Shown here one piece after another: positions 28,431 through 41,559 of a stretch of DNA of 64,000 bases. A program made the translations under genes and the position numbers. This DNA comes from Vicugna vicugna (Eukaryota), in contig MU058337.1 in the NCBI GenBank assembly GCA_013265495.1, forward strand, positions 3,378,686-3,442,685, given 5' to 3'. Position 1 is the first letter of the stretch. Every line of letters starts with the position of its first letter. The notes under the pieces were generated by a model. It had not been told where the DNA came from, ran no database searches, and saw only the letters and a list, made by a program, of their open reading frames with translations.

Positions 28431-31311
28431 GTAAATAAGCCCACTAAGTACCATGTTCAAGTTCTTATCTTCAGAGTCATCTACGGGCTTTAATTAATGT
28501 GAGGCGGTCGTAATTTACCCGATTTCAAATATCAGCAGTATTTCTTCAAGCGTTTTTGTCTTGATGGTTACCCGAACTCATAATAAACAGATTGCAGTTT
28601 AAATGAACACCTCTGCAGTCTGACTTATAAAGGCATCATTCTATATATTTTGAAAAATCTTACCAGAATTTTAATAAAGATCGGTACATATGTTGTAAAG
28701 GCTCTCCGGTTTCTTCTAAGAGATGACTATCTACGGTTCTTTGAATTTATATAACTTAAAGATACGGTTATTTTCACTTGAAATTCATTATTTTCATGGA
28801 TGTTTGGGAAGTTATTTGCTGTTGGTAAGTTATGATTTGATGGTAAATAATAATTGTTTTCCCTGATTATCAATCAAAAGGAAAGTTATTAATGATTAAT
28901 ATGTAATTCGATTTTGGCCATTTCTGATTTTATTTACTGTACCACTAACTGAAAGCTGACAAAATCTAGGAAAGTGAGTTTAAATTAGAGGAAGATTGTT
29001 GAGAAGATTTACTTATTCTCTTTGAAAGAGGACTCGTTTAGCGATGCTGCTTGTTGGGGTTTATAAATGTAGATGTCCATAAATCAGTGGGTCTTAACTG
29101 TTTGCATCCACTGCAAAAGACTTAACTTTTGAAGGAAACTGATTGGCAAATTCAGATATTTAGACTAAAGCTTTAATCTATTATAGTGAGTCAGAATTAC
29201 AAATCTGCCCTCAATTTAAAAGAACGAAAGAACAGTGAAAGTCCTAAATAGTAGAACAGAAATACCAAAATATTACATTCTTTCAAGTGAGTATTTTTTT
29301 CAAATGTGAAGTGTTAGCCAAAATGCAGGCTCATTTTGGTCTTCTCGACAGGGTTTAACTCAGTTTTCAAGAACAAAAACAAACAAAAAGCCCTATTTTA
29401 TTTGAATTCAAATTACTAAGCGTTTTAATTACTAAGTAAAATTTCTTTCACACATAGTGAAGAAACACATTCAGAATTATTTCGAATGATAACATCTAAA
29501 GAAAGGTATTAAAGACTAGCATACTCTTGGAAAAGTCACCTTATTACTGAGCCTTTTAAACCTATATATGCTTTACTTTCATTTGTAAGCTAAATAATTT
29601 CAGCAGTGTTTAACATTCTTGTACCTACCATTTAAACAATAAGCTAACATGAGAAATAAAATTGCATGTGGATACTCATTAAAGTTGCTTATTGGCTAAA
29701 TAATGTTTAAAATTAAAATTTTTAAATGAATGAAAATTATTCAGTTGTTTTCCCTACGATGTCAGATAGGTATGCGTCCCAGTTAAAGGGGAGGCAGCAA
29801 TTAGCGAGCAGCGAAACAGTCCCCAGCCAGGATGAATGCAATATTTAATATAAAGTCAGGAAATCTATAAAAATGCTGCAGGCCCTTGGTAGCTAACCTA
29901 GAGACCTCTGGGTGCTGAGCTAGAAAAAATGAAGTCTGATTTTGACTTCATCGTATAAACAGAATGTCATCCGCACATCAAATTCCACCCACGGTGAACC
30001 CCTGGCATGGTTAATGATTATAATCTTCACATTTAATCATGGGAACTCAGTGACAGGCAAACAAAGGTTAGCTAAACTGACAGTTCAGACGGTTTCAACA
30101 GAGAACTCCCCAAGTTTTATTCTTAAATGTGGATGTACAATTCCAACGGCACTTTCCCACCACGCAGGTGAATTTGTACACAGCGTACGTGCAGGAAAGA
30201 TTTGACCGTTTGCCTTCTCTGCTTTATGTGGGAGTAATTACATGGGAGTTTGTTAGATTTCTTTCCAACGCTAGTTTTTTAATGTTGCTTTTGCAGTTGA
30301 ATTAAGTTGTGGATTCTTAAATCTGAAACAATGGATAAAAAGTGGATTCTTTTCACTGAAAATGCTCACACGTTTTTGTCTCTCTTCAAATCCTTGAATT
30401 GGTTTTTCTAAATAATCTCATTTTAACGTGTTTCATTGCTTCACAGAACATGCACCCAAGTCATGTATAATCTAATATAATGAGTCAGGACATGTTCTGT
30501 AACAGTTAGAGCTCCTTGAAATGACGATAATATAAAGTTTCTAGAAATTTACAGAACCATACCATGAAAATAAAATTTATTATCTTTTAATTGGATAATC
30601 ATGATAATTGAAAGAATATGTATTTAATCAGTGATCAATACACTTACTAAAAAATTGAAACTGCACAGGATTTAATTATTTTAAATATAATGAAAGTATT
30701 TTAAAATTTGTGTTATAATACATGGTCTATCCCATTATGTACAAATGATATGTTTGTTTTTATAATTTTTGTATCTGTTCCAATATTGTGCTTTTTCTTA
30801 AATAACAAGATGTACTTTGAAGCATATCAAAAGTTATTTGATGATCTACATTTTATTTGGAATTTCTCTCTCATAAGTAACATATAATATGTTGTTTCTC
30901 TTTACAAAACGTTCATATAAGATAACTGTAATAAATACTTTGTAGTATTTAATGTGTTATTCTACTCAAGTAGTTTTTTTAGTTACTTTGCATTATCATT
31001 TTTCCAAAAAATGAATTTGTCTTCCTTTTTCAGCATGCAACAATAACATAAGAATATTATGATTCTTAAGATATACTGAGTCATGATCTCATAATATTAT
31101 TTGTAAAAAATATAAAACCTATTTTCAAAATAACTTCAAAAAACAGGAAAAATACAAAAAAAAAAAAAAAAAAAAAAAAAAACAAAAAACCAAAGAATCT
31201 ACGCAGATACAATCAGTCTTGTGGGAGATGCTGCTTATACAATTTAGGGGCCCATTTTAAGAAAGATGACACAAGCTCATGAATAAAAATGTGTGTAAAA
31301 ACCAAATCTCC

Positions 31312-31566
31312 GGTACAGCATGGTGACAATAACTAACAACACCATATTGTATACTTGAGATTTGTGTTTCAAGGGTACATCTGAAACTCAGTCTGAACAC
31401 ATAGACTCACACACACACGGCAACTATGTGAGGGGATGGCTGTGTTGTTTAGTTGGCTATGCTGATCTTTTCACAGTGTCGGCATATATTCAAACATTAA
31501 GTGTTCACCTTAGATATATATACAATTTTATATGTCAAGGGGATCTCAATAAAGTTGTTAAAAAAT
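31312..31566 (+). mobile_element. L1MA/L1MB-type 3' end nested in the hAT element
   Basis: gtacagcatggtgacaataactaacaacaccatattgtatacttga..aactatgtgagggg..atacaattttatatgtcaa..ctcaataaagttgttaaaaaa. Confidence 0.75.
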
Positions 31567-32104
31567 GAACACAATCAGAATGGAAATAAAACAAATCGTA
31601 ACAAACAATAAATAATGAAAAATATCTCAAAGTACAAAATCTAGAAAAACAGCACATTCGTATTGGCTACTTGGCAAACTCTGTAATGCTTCCTTAATTT
31701 TCAGTTACTTACTTTGAGATTGCCCTTCACATGACACAATATTGTTTGCAATATTTTCTGTAGCAATAAGAAAAAGGCAATTCAGTCTTTCTTTTAGCCC
31801 AATTAATTAAAGTTTGCTTTCCATTACTGATTTTAGACAAGTTTAGAAAAGTTCCTTCCAGCTTCATAATTGTAGGATTTTTATCAAATTTGGGGAAATC
31901 TCAGAGGTTCACCCATATCTGAGCTGTTCCAAACATATCCATTTTTTGTGGGGCTGCCACAGTTATACTCTGCAAATGTAAAAATTCTGATATATTCAAC
32001 TGTGCATGAAATTCATCAAGGAAAAATTAAATTGTAGGGCAAATATATAATTTTATTCAATGCATTATTAAGAATGTCTCTGACAAGAAAGATCTTCCAA
32101 TTGA

Positions 32105-32360
32105 CAAGGTAACCATGAGCATAAATTGGGAGTTTGAGATCTGCAGATACTAACTGTTATATATAAAATAGATAAACAAGTTCATAATGTATAGCACAGG
32201 GATTCAACATCTTGTAGTAACATACTGAAAAACAATATGGAAATGAATATATATATATATATGTATGACTGAAACATTATGCTGTATACCAGAAATTGAC
32301 ACAACATTGTAAAGTGACTCTACTTCAATAAAAAACTTAAAAAGCAAAAAAATAAAAAAG
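32105..32360 (+). mobile_element. Young L1 3' end (camelid/artiodactyl type) nested in the hAT element
   Basis: ataaattgggagtttgagatctgcagatactaac..tgtatagcacaggg..atgactgaaacattatgctgtataccagaaattgacacaacattgtaa..caataaaaaa plus A-tail. Confidence 0.85.
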
Positions 32361-34926
32361 GTATATTTGATGTTTTGAGAGTTCTACAGATTATATTCTA
32401 GCTTCATACATTGTTGACCTTGTTTTCCCTCCAAGACCCACATACTTTGAAGACATAGGTCTGGGACACCTTCATATCCATACGACTGCAGGCCCTGGAC
32501 GTTTGAGTTGAGACACAGAGTAGACATGGGGGAAGCATGAGAATTCTTGGAAATCATTTTCATGCCCAGGAAGCTGGCAATAAATGAGCTGTACACCTAA
32601 GTGGTATGAATTACAAAACTACATCCACTCAATGCCTTCTCACTCAACATCCCCTTAATGGGATCCAAGAAGGCCCACATCTACTCCTAGAGACACCAGT
32701 CACTCTAGGGAAAAGGTGTTTGGCGGGGGGGGGGGTCTGAATGGAAAGAGTGACCTTAATTAATAGATTTTGGCAGATTTTACAGATGTATGACCGCACA
32801 AATACACTGCTTGTCCAGGGTCTTAGAAAGGCCCCTGCAAGTGAGGAGGGTCCCAGAGCTTAAGTTTCTCTAGAGCCGTGGAAAATTCTCCCATGGGCAC
32901 ATTATAGATAAAAATGTTGATTCAGGAAACACATTTGAGGCTCTTTGATATCACAGATTTTCTTTCATGGTTCACATTAAAATAGAAAGTTGTTGAATTA
33001 CATAGCCGTGAAATGTATAGCTTTGTTTTCACAAAATTTCTCTCTTGACCTCTGACTCCTCATACACTCATATGGGCTTAGGGGCAGGCATACCTCACAC
33101 TGAAAAACCCTAGAGGCAGTGAAAAGCCATAATGGGGATTCTGTATACCCTCAACAAATGTCCTCTTCAGTCAGTTAGAACATTTACAAATGATAATAAT
33201 TAAGAAATTATTGAAAAATAAAGACTTTAAAATCAAGGTCAGTTTAAATCCTCCAGATTTTATCAGCCACGCATAGACCGAGAAAGAATTCCTTACGTCT
33301 AAGGAATAATTCCCAGCAGCGACTGAGATATTAACTAAAACCTGGGTGTTATTTCCTAAATCAAGGACAATTTAAGAAGCAGCAGTTGGGATAGGAAAAC
33401 AATAGGGAAAATTCACATTTTATTTATGAAAGTTAAAATCATTTCGGCCAAGAGAAGAACCGCAGAAATGTTCTTTGTATTGTCAGATGAAAGTATATGC
33501 CTCTCCTTTACATGTGTGAGGAAGAACTGGTAGTGTGGGTGTTACTAACAGAGCAGATGTGCCTGAAATGGTGAAGGATGATCCCTGTCACCTTGATAAC
33601 CTGTCTCAGACCTTGTTCACATTCTTGTGTCCTAATCATGTAATTAAAGAAACAACAAAAATTATGTTAGATTAACACATGTACTTCCAGCAAATAAAAA
33701 TATAGTTTTTGGTCCACATTTATAATTTGATAAAAGTCAGTTCATAAATGTTGTTACAAACTTTTTAACCACAAAGCAATGTTCTTTTTTACATTACTCT
33801 CCCCATCCAATCAAAATTCAAGCACACGGTTTCTCCAGTTTTCTCCTGGGAAATGTTGCTATTATACGAGTGGTTTATAATGCAGGTAACTTGACCTTAT
33901 CTGAGATGTATCTGGAATATTTGCAATAACAAAGATTTCCCATTCTAAGCATTAAGATGATCAGATAGCCCATTTGTGACCAGGTTATCTGTCCATTTTA
34001 GAGAACGATTTCGCAAATGCCATTGTAATTCCTCAGAATATTTTAAATAGAAGTGTAATTCAAATAAATTCTCAATTTTTTTATGTAAAAATGAGGAACA
34101 GTAAAAACTCTAAGGAGCATTAGTGACGATTTTGCATTTAAATGAAGATTAGGAGAGACTGAGTGGTGATAGATAATTTTTAATCTTTTTTCCAAGGTTA
34201 TATAACACAATGCTTGAGCTGTCAAGAAGTTATTAAAGAGGAAAAGAAATGAGGGGAAAAATGATGTATTTTAAGCCAGCGGTGATAGAGCGATGGCAGC
34301 AAAAAAGATTAGAAGTGTTGTTTATCTTCACATCACTGATTCTGGCCGGTAGACGTTTAAACTGATGGCAACAAACAAGTGGAAAATAAATGGGTAAACC
34401 ATGTACCTTCTTCAATTTTACAGCCACAGGAGCAGGACGCGGTGACTTATAATCCTGAAACATCTGCTCTGTCTCCAACGGGAAGGAGCAACACTGAGGG
34501 GTAGACTGCTCACCTTTCTAGAACAGGTAAGAGCTAAAGGTCTGTGAAGGATATTAAGACACAAAAGAATCACACAAGTATGAACATGAGCCTGGAGTTT
34601 CATGATTCGAATGTGTTCACGAGGGGATGTCTAGCTGGGAAAAGAAAAACAAACAAACAAAAAACTACGTCTTACTGAAAAGAAGTTAGAACTCAATTAT
34701 GAAACGTGAATCCTAAGTGAGCTTCTTAGGCAAGTTTCTTTGTTGTTTTGAATTTTTAAAACAGCGATAATGCCACATGGAGATCAAGCACAAATTACGT
34801 AAGACGATCTACCTGACAGCACTTTTAAATCAGCAAGTGTCATGGAAAGAGCAGGTCCCTACGCCCCGCAGAGAAGCACGGGGTGGCGAAAGGAAACACT
34901 TGATCTGCCCTTCTCCCAGGCAGCCT

Positions 34927-35237
34927 TCATAGTCTTCGTCTCTGATGCCTCTCGCAGGGCCAGGGCATCAGTTCACCGGTCATGTTATCCAGATGATATG
35001 CATTTTCACTTCCCACGCTGACTTCAGAACCTAACTCCGTAGAAGAGATCCGACGCCATGCGGACTTCATCTGCCAGTGGAAGTGAAGTGTGAGGCAGAG
35101 AAGATGTCCCAAGGGTTATCGGGGCACAGAGTCTTTTCCCAATGCACCGTGATTCTCTGTTGAGTAAGTCTTTTCTCGGGATATTGTCCAAATGAATTCA
35201 GTGTCCAGGGAATAACGGAAAACGACTCTATGAGACC
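34927..35237 (-). pseudogene. Putative terminal exon (phase 1 start)
   Basis: ccactag|GG TCT CAT: GSHRVVFRYSLDTEFIWTISREK..SVPR*PLGHLL..KSAWRRISSTELGSEVSVGSENAYHLDNMTGELMPWPCERHQRRRL*. One internal TAA (35116-35118) in about 100 codons; phase matches 41559-41332. Acceptor pyrimidine tract is weak. Confidence 0.5.
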
Positions 35238-37269
35238 CTAGTGGCTGAGCATCAGTGATCCCCACCTCTACTGAGATCAGATATAAAATGGCTGCTTTGT
35301 TTCCCAAAAATGCGGAGAGAGCCAGTACCATTTTCCTTATGGTCTGTGCTGTTCTCATCACAGTTTCCATCCTGCTGCACATGCAGGCACAGACAAGCCA
35401 AATGTTTGTTTTGCTGATTCTCCCTGAGCGCACAGGAGGGCACCACTGGACAGGAAAGGGTGGTGGATCTTTGCATAAAGTCAGATGATCACTCTGTTTG
35501 CCCAGCTACTTGCTATCAGACAAAGAGTGCCTTTTCCGGTCAATCTTGACTTCAAAATTCACTTCTATGCATAGTCACAGATACAGCATGACTTGCTGCA
35601 GTTTATTACCTGTGAGTGGTACACCTAAAGGCCTAAAAGAGGTACCTCATCTGATTATGGCAAATGAGAAGCTACACAAAAACTAAGCCGAAATTAAGCT
35701 GGAAATTAAAGATTTGATATGCATTAAGCTGAATGAAGCAGAATAGTGAAAGGAGATTTCCCCAAAGGGAAAAAAGAAAACTCAGAAAACGTCCCTCACT
35801 TCCTCACTTTATTTCTTCATCAGTATTTACAGCTAGTAAGCCATAAAAGGGGTTTGTCTGTGTAATAGACGTATGACATGTAAATTCACCATTTCAAGGT
35901 GTCCTAGGAGGACAGAGCTATGATTTAGCCATTGCTAGAGCTGTCGTTAACTATCGATTAATTTCATAGCTCCACTGCCCTGCACACTCTGTGCAGACGC
36001 ACAGAAATCCCGACCCCCTCTTGAGAAAGGACTAAAATAATAATTACAAAATGACAATTACTGCTTGCACTTAAAAATATGCCTTTTTTTTTAAAAGAAA
36101 ACTTACATGAGGTACTGGATCATGGCATGGTCAAAAGAACACTTAACTATCGACATCATTACTCACGTTTTGAAAACACTTAAAATTGAGATGCTCTAGT
36201 ACTGAGTTTCAGGACCGATGGAATGATACCTGAGAATGAGTGAGTCACGTACATCCCTGTCCCAGAACAAAAGTCTACAAAGCAGCCACAGTTACCAGCC
36301 CCATTTTAGACATGACAAAACTTCACACACTTCACACGTTTCCCAACACCAAGTGGTCTGTAGGTGCTGCATTAAGTCTCATACCAGAGGCCAGGCCCTA
36401 AATTACAACAGCCTCTCCCCACCAGCAGGGCAGCAGCGGGAATGGAATGGATCCCCACACAATGCAACCCTTCCTTCAAAATCTCCGTTTTCTTCCAGCA
36501 CACCCATTTCAAACTGAGAACCTAAAAAAACAAAGCCTGCTTACTAGCATGTTTTTCAGTTGTTCAGATATAAATATCACAAGGGATCCAATGCATATAT
36601 TCATCTTTCACAAAGCCCCAAGCATTTGTGACACATTTCTAAGGTCTCTTATATAAATTGTTATTTCATCACAGTGATTTCTATAACTGAAGACGCATAT
36701 GCCTCAAATTACAGTCCAACAAGAACTGATGCCACGCCATGCTATCATGCTGCGCACGCGGAAGCAGCAGATACAGGAGACTCTCTGATTTCCAGAAGAC
36801 AATATAAATTATATTTCTTTGTAGTGGATTTTACCTCCCTTTTGGCAAATATATAACATCTAAGCAAAAAGAAAACAAAGACCCTTATTCTTATTTTTTC
36901 TTTTCTCTTTTTTTATTAAGATAGTATTGCTTGTCTTGCAATTTTGTAGGAATGTGTTTTCATTAACAGTAAACGCTGTCGTTATTTTTATTCTGATTAG
37001 CTGGCTCAAATTTCAAGCACTTTATTATTTCAATGGTTAAAAATGTCTTGATTGATTTGAAGTATATAATCCATTTTTCTGTATTTGAAAGGTTTTTCCT
37101 CACAGATTGCCTTCTATGAAAAAGTTTATCCTACCAAAGTAAACATTTTAAAACAATTTTTAAAAGGCCAAAGCAAGAAAAATCAGGATAATATATAAAT
37201 CACTGAAGTAACCTCATTTTACATGATGTTTTTGAAATGTTTTATTTTTAAACAACCACAAATATACAA

Positions 37270-37600
37270 AACCTTGCAAGCATGAGATGGAGAACTTTTA
37301 TTTGTCCTGAATCATTTGAGCTTAAGTTGTCCTCCTGATTCCCCATCACCCTGAAATAATTAAATGTTAACTTCAACAAACAAAAACAGTCCCTTACAAC
37401 CACAGTGCCACTCACAGAATCAACAAATTAATACTGACATCTTACTGCCATCTAATCCTTACACCTTCACGCTTCACCCATTGTCCCAATAATACTTCAT
37501 GGGAGAAGAATTCATTCAGAATCACTGCATTTAGTTTTCACCTTGTTCTGCAGCCTTTCACTTTGTAAAAGTCCCAGCTTTCTCACCCATCATTCATAAC
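37270..37600 (-). mobile_element. L1MC-type 3' UTR fragment
   Basis: tgaatcatttgagcttaagttg..catcaccctgaaata..ttaatactgacatcttactgccatctaat..ttgtcccaataat. Confidence 0.55.
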
Positions 37601-38349
37601 CTCTTCACCTGGTAAAGCCTGGCAGGAGAGAGAGACAGCGTCCACTGTGCTTGTGGATAATGCGAAGTTATTTGAGGAGTAAGTGTATTCTATTAAGTGT
37701 ACAGTGATGATGATGATGAATAAAATAAAAACAAACTACCACAACTATTAGAAGAGGTTCATGTAAATATAAAATAAAGCAAGCAAAAGAAATCATATAA
37801 CAAATCAAAATGCAAAAATAAAAACACAAACATTATAGAATGTGATTTGTCAGAACTAACATCAAGCATGTCTATCACATGAATAAATGCTGGTGAGAAG
37901 AGAGAAACTGGTGGCCAAATGCTTCCATTCACCTCTCTCAGCCTCTGATTAAAACATACTTTAGTATAAAGTATATGCAACAACAGAGGACTGACTCCTA
38001 CATATGTCAAACACTTGACAAGAAAAAGGGCCTTACAGTCATTTTCCAAGTGCCGATGTTCTGTTCATAAACACTGACCGTGTTTTAGGTCATGATCAAA
38101 AATCAGTAAGTCAAAAATAGAATTAATATAACAATATCTGATTATAATTTTTTAATGCTAAGTTAATAAATATTAGGGAAAAAACCCTTCATTCTGGAAA
38201 TTCATGTAAGAAATCTCTACGCAACATACAAGTGGAAAAGAAAATAGAAATCATCATTGTAAGACTTATCAAACCTCTATGCTGAAAACAGAACTTCTGC
38301 GACGTTCCTAAGGCAATGATCTGGGATATATTCATCTGATACGGCATCA

Positions 38350-39019
38350 TGACATGGGACAACTGGAACAGGGATGAAACTCATTGAACAAAAATGTCCC
38401 AAATGACCAATGCAAGCTGTTACAAATTTGTGTATGGGTAGAAAATGCATTCACATTACAAAATAGATTTTAAAATTACAGAGCAAGAAAAATACATGGC
38501 TGTAATTTCAGACTGTATGTGGCAACTAGCTTTTGAGAAAATACTGCTTGTCAAGTTTTGGTGTAGTATAAAAGAAGAATATTCATGGTTATTCTGAAAA
38601 GTCTACTAAAACACTCCTTCCATTTCCAACTACATAAATGAATGCAAAGCCAGATTTTTTTTCCCTATATTACAACCATAACACATATAGCAATAGTTAA
38701 ATGCAAAAGGAGTTGTGGAAATCCACTGGCTGCAATTAAGTCAAATTTTAAAGGAAATTTTGGAAATAAACAATGACAGTATTTTCATTTTTCCATTGTT
38801 TTCAAAAATATGGTTATTTTTATAAAATATGTAGGTAACATGTATGATTTTATTCTTTTAAAATAAATTGATAGACATCTATTTCAAAATTTTTATTTTA
38901 TTTTCAAATATAGTGAATATCAATATGAATAACCCATCTAAACAAATGATCTTTGGAATCCTCAGTAATTATTTAATATTCAAAGGGCCCTCAACACCAA
39001 AAAGATTAGGAGACAGATG
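38350..39019 (+). mobile_element. Charlie1-type hAT DNA transposon 3' part
   Basis: aagttttggtgtagtataaaagaagaata..actccttccatttccaactacata.. ending aacccatctaaacaaatgatctttggaatcctcagtaat..ccaaaaagattaggagacagatg. Confidence 0.75.
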
Positions 39020-39169
39020 ATCTATAACTTTCCTTCTGTAACGTCTTCCTCAAGTTTGAGTATCAAAGGTTTACTGGCTTAACAGTTCAGTTGGGAAGGA
39101 TAACTTCTTTATTCTTAAAGCCATTAAATCCAGGTTATCTTGTTTTTGTGGAAGAGTATTAATACTGGT

Positions 39170-40870
39170 TTGCATTTTTAAAAATTTGAATGGTGAGGAC
39201 AAACACAGATCAATCATTTTTGAGTGTACAGTTCATTGGTGTTAAATATATTTGTATTCTTTTGAAACAGATCTTTAGAACTTTTTCATCTTGCAAAACT
39301 GAAACTTTATACTCTTTAAACAACCTCTCCCCACCCCACTTCCTCCAGGCCCCTGGCCGCCCTCATTCTCCTTCCTGTGTCTGGAAGTCTGACTACTTTA
39401 GGATACGTCATGTAAGTGGAATTGTGTATTATTTGTTCTTTTGTAACTTGCATATTGGTCTAAATTCTTAAGTACATTTAGGAGTAATTCTATTCTGTAT
39501 TTCTTTTTGTGATGTATTAAATTAGTATTTTTCAATGAATTGGTCGATTTTAAACTGTCAATTTGTAGCATTAAACTTCATCATATTTTATTATTTTTAA
39601 GATTTCTAGAATCTATAGTGAAATATTTTCCCTTCTGGTATGTTTTGTTACTCTTCTTTATCTCCTACACTCCTTTTTACCTTCTACTTGTCTTAGTAAG
39701 AGATTATCATTAATTATCTTTTAACCAATATTTGACTTGCTGTTCATTGTTTGCCTTAGAATCAGAGGATTAGAACCCCCATTTTTAGGTCTCTTTTCTA
39801 ATAGATTTATTTAAGGTTAGAGATTATATCTCTAGCACTATTTTATGTGCATTCCTGTAAGTTTGACATTTTTATCATTTCAGTTCAATATATGTTCTAA
39901 TTCCATCATGACTTGCATTATTTAGAAGCATGTTGCTTGTTTTCCAAAATGTTAGGGCTGTTTTTAGTTCCTTTTATGTAACTGATTTGTACCGTCTTAA
40001 TTCCACTACGATCAGAAAATCCACTCTGAGTGAGTTGAGTCTTTAGAAAATTTCACCAGTTTTGCCTACTGACCTTGCTGTGGTCAGTTTTTGGTGTATG
40101 TTGTCTGTACAGTTGAATACAATGTGTTTCATGATGTTGATAGGGGCACTTTAGGTCAGTTAAGTAAACTTAATTAATTGTGATTTCAAATCTTTTATGT
40201 TGTTCTAGAATCGATGTCTTTTTCTTCTATCAGCTGATGAGAACGATGTGTTAAAATCTTCCACTAAGACTGTGCAGTTTTCTCTTTCTCTGTTGACTCT
40301 CTCGGAAGGGCATCTTGACTCAGGTGGATCACTAATCCAACCAGAACCAAGGCTTTCTGCCTGCGGTTTGTCTCTAACCACCAAGGGCTTTTGTCAGAGA
40401 ATCTTGCATATCCCACATGCCTCTTCCCTCAGGCACCTCTGATCCTGGCTCGCCAGACCGCAGAAAAACTCCAGTCTACTTTTCAAAAGCTTCCTGATGG
40501 GCTGTTAGTCTGTTGCCCTTGGTCCCAGGGCAGTGTCTCCTCCCCAGGTTTCGCCTCCAGCATCTGTGAATGTCCAGGGGTTTGAAGCCCACAGGTCTCT
40601 GCCACAGCCCTGGGGTTTTGCTGTTGCTTTTCTGTCTTCTTAACCTCCGGCTTCTTTTGATGGATGTAACATCGGATGCTTACAGTGAATCAGCCTGAGA
40701 GAAATTTCTGCAGGTCACTTACCTGAACAAGATTCTCCCTTCAGACCCCTAGCCCTCCGCTTCCACGCGTCCCCGCACCATCCGTGTGCTCTGAAGCCAG
40801 TTTACCACTGTTCACTCCATCCTTTCTAGCTGTTTAGGCAGAAGATTCTATCTTCCATCAGTTATTCTGT
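39170..40870 (-). mobile_element. L1M fragments (an L1MA/MB 3' end plus older ORF2 and 5' pieces)
   Basis: catttttgagtgtacagttca..gaactttttcatcttgcaaaactgaaactttatactc..catgtaagtggaatt; T-rich ORF2 antisense (gtgttaaaatcttccacta). Confidence 0.65.
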
Positions 40871-41331
40871 TCTGCTTACAATCAGAGGACACTTGACTTC
40901 AAATTATTAGATTATTTCCTTTTTTTCTTTCGTTGTCTCAGCTTTATACAGGCAGGCTTTTCCTGGAGCAGATTTAGCAACAGATCTTTGGTGCTTTTTT
41001 GTTTTATTGTTTTTGTTTTTACTTTGGGATTTTTCAGGGGGAGGGGAGAGTGGGGCAAGGAGGTGTTTCTGATTACCTGGCATTTTTCCTTAATAGTCCA
41101 AAATGCATGGGTAAATTAGTTTTCTTATTTACTCTCCCCTAACAAAGAAGGAACAAAATTTTGTATGACTTTTTTGTTACTTTATTAATCTGTTTATTTT
41201 AAATGCAAAGACTGGATTTTTCCCCTCCACGGGGACAAGCTGTATTCTACAAATACAGATTTTTAATGCAATTCCTTATTAGTCTGCAGAATCGCTTTCT
41301 GAAATCAAACATTTCTGTGGTTCATAGTTAC

Positions 41332-41559
41332 CATCCTACTCAGTCCTTTTTCCCTATGTCGTAAGCAAGTGGTTCGGATTTTGCCCCCAGCCCTTGAGAA
41401 TTGTATCTGATAGGTCTTCTTTGATCCCAGGGTCCTCTTTCCTTGACACCTTCCTCGTGGATCTCTGGTCTCCATCTGAGGGCTAGTCGGAAGACATCCT
41501 GAAGGTCTTACGACCAGTCCTTAGATGGGGACTCTTGCTTTCTTCTAGTTTCACTTTTT
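41332..41559 (-). pseudogene. Putative exon, 228 bp, phase 1 to 1, three in-frame TAG
   Basis: cttttcttcctttaag|AA AAA GTG .. GAT G|gtaact; EKVKLEESKSPHLRTGRKTFRMSSD*PSDGDQRSTRKVSRKEDPGIKEDLSDTILKGWGQNPNHLLTT*GKRTE*D. Confidence 0.55.

Larger units (their letters stand above)
31205..32893. mobile_element. Zaphod/MER115-like hAT-Tip100 DNA transposon, interrupted by two L1 inserts
   Basis: Left end gcttatacaatttaggggcccattttaagaaa and right end ggcccctgcaagtgagg..gagcttaagtttctctag..gtggaaaattc match recalled Zaphod/MER115 termini. Confidence 0.6.
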
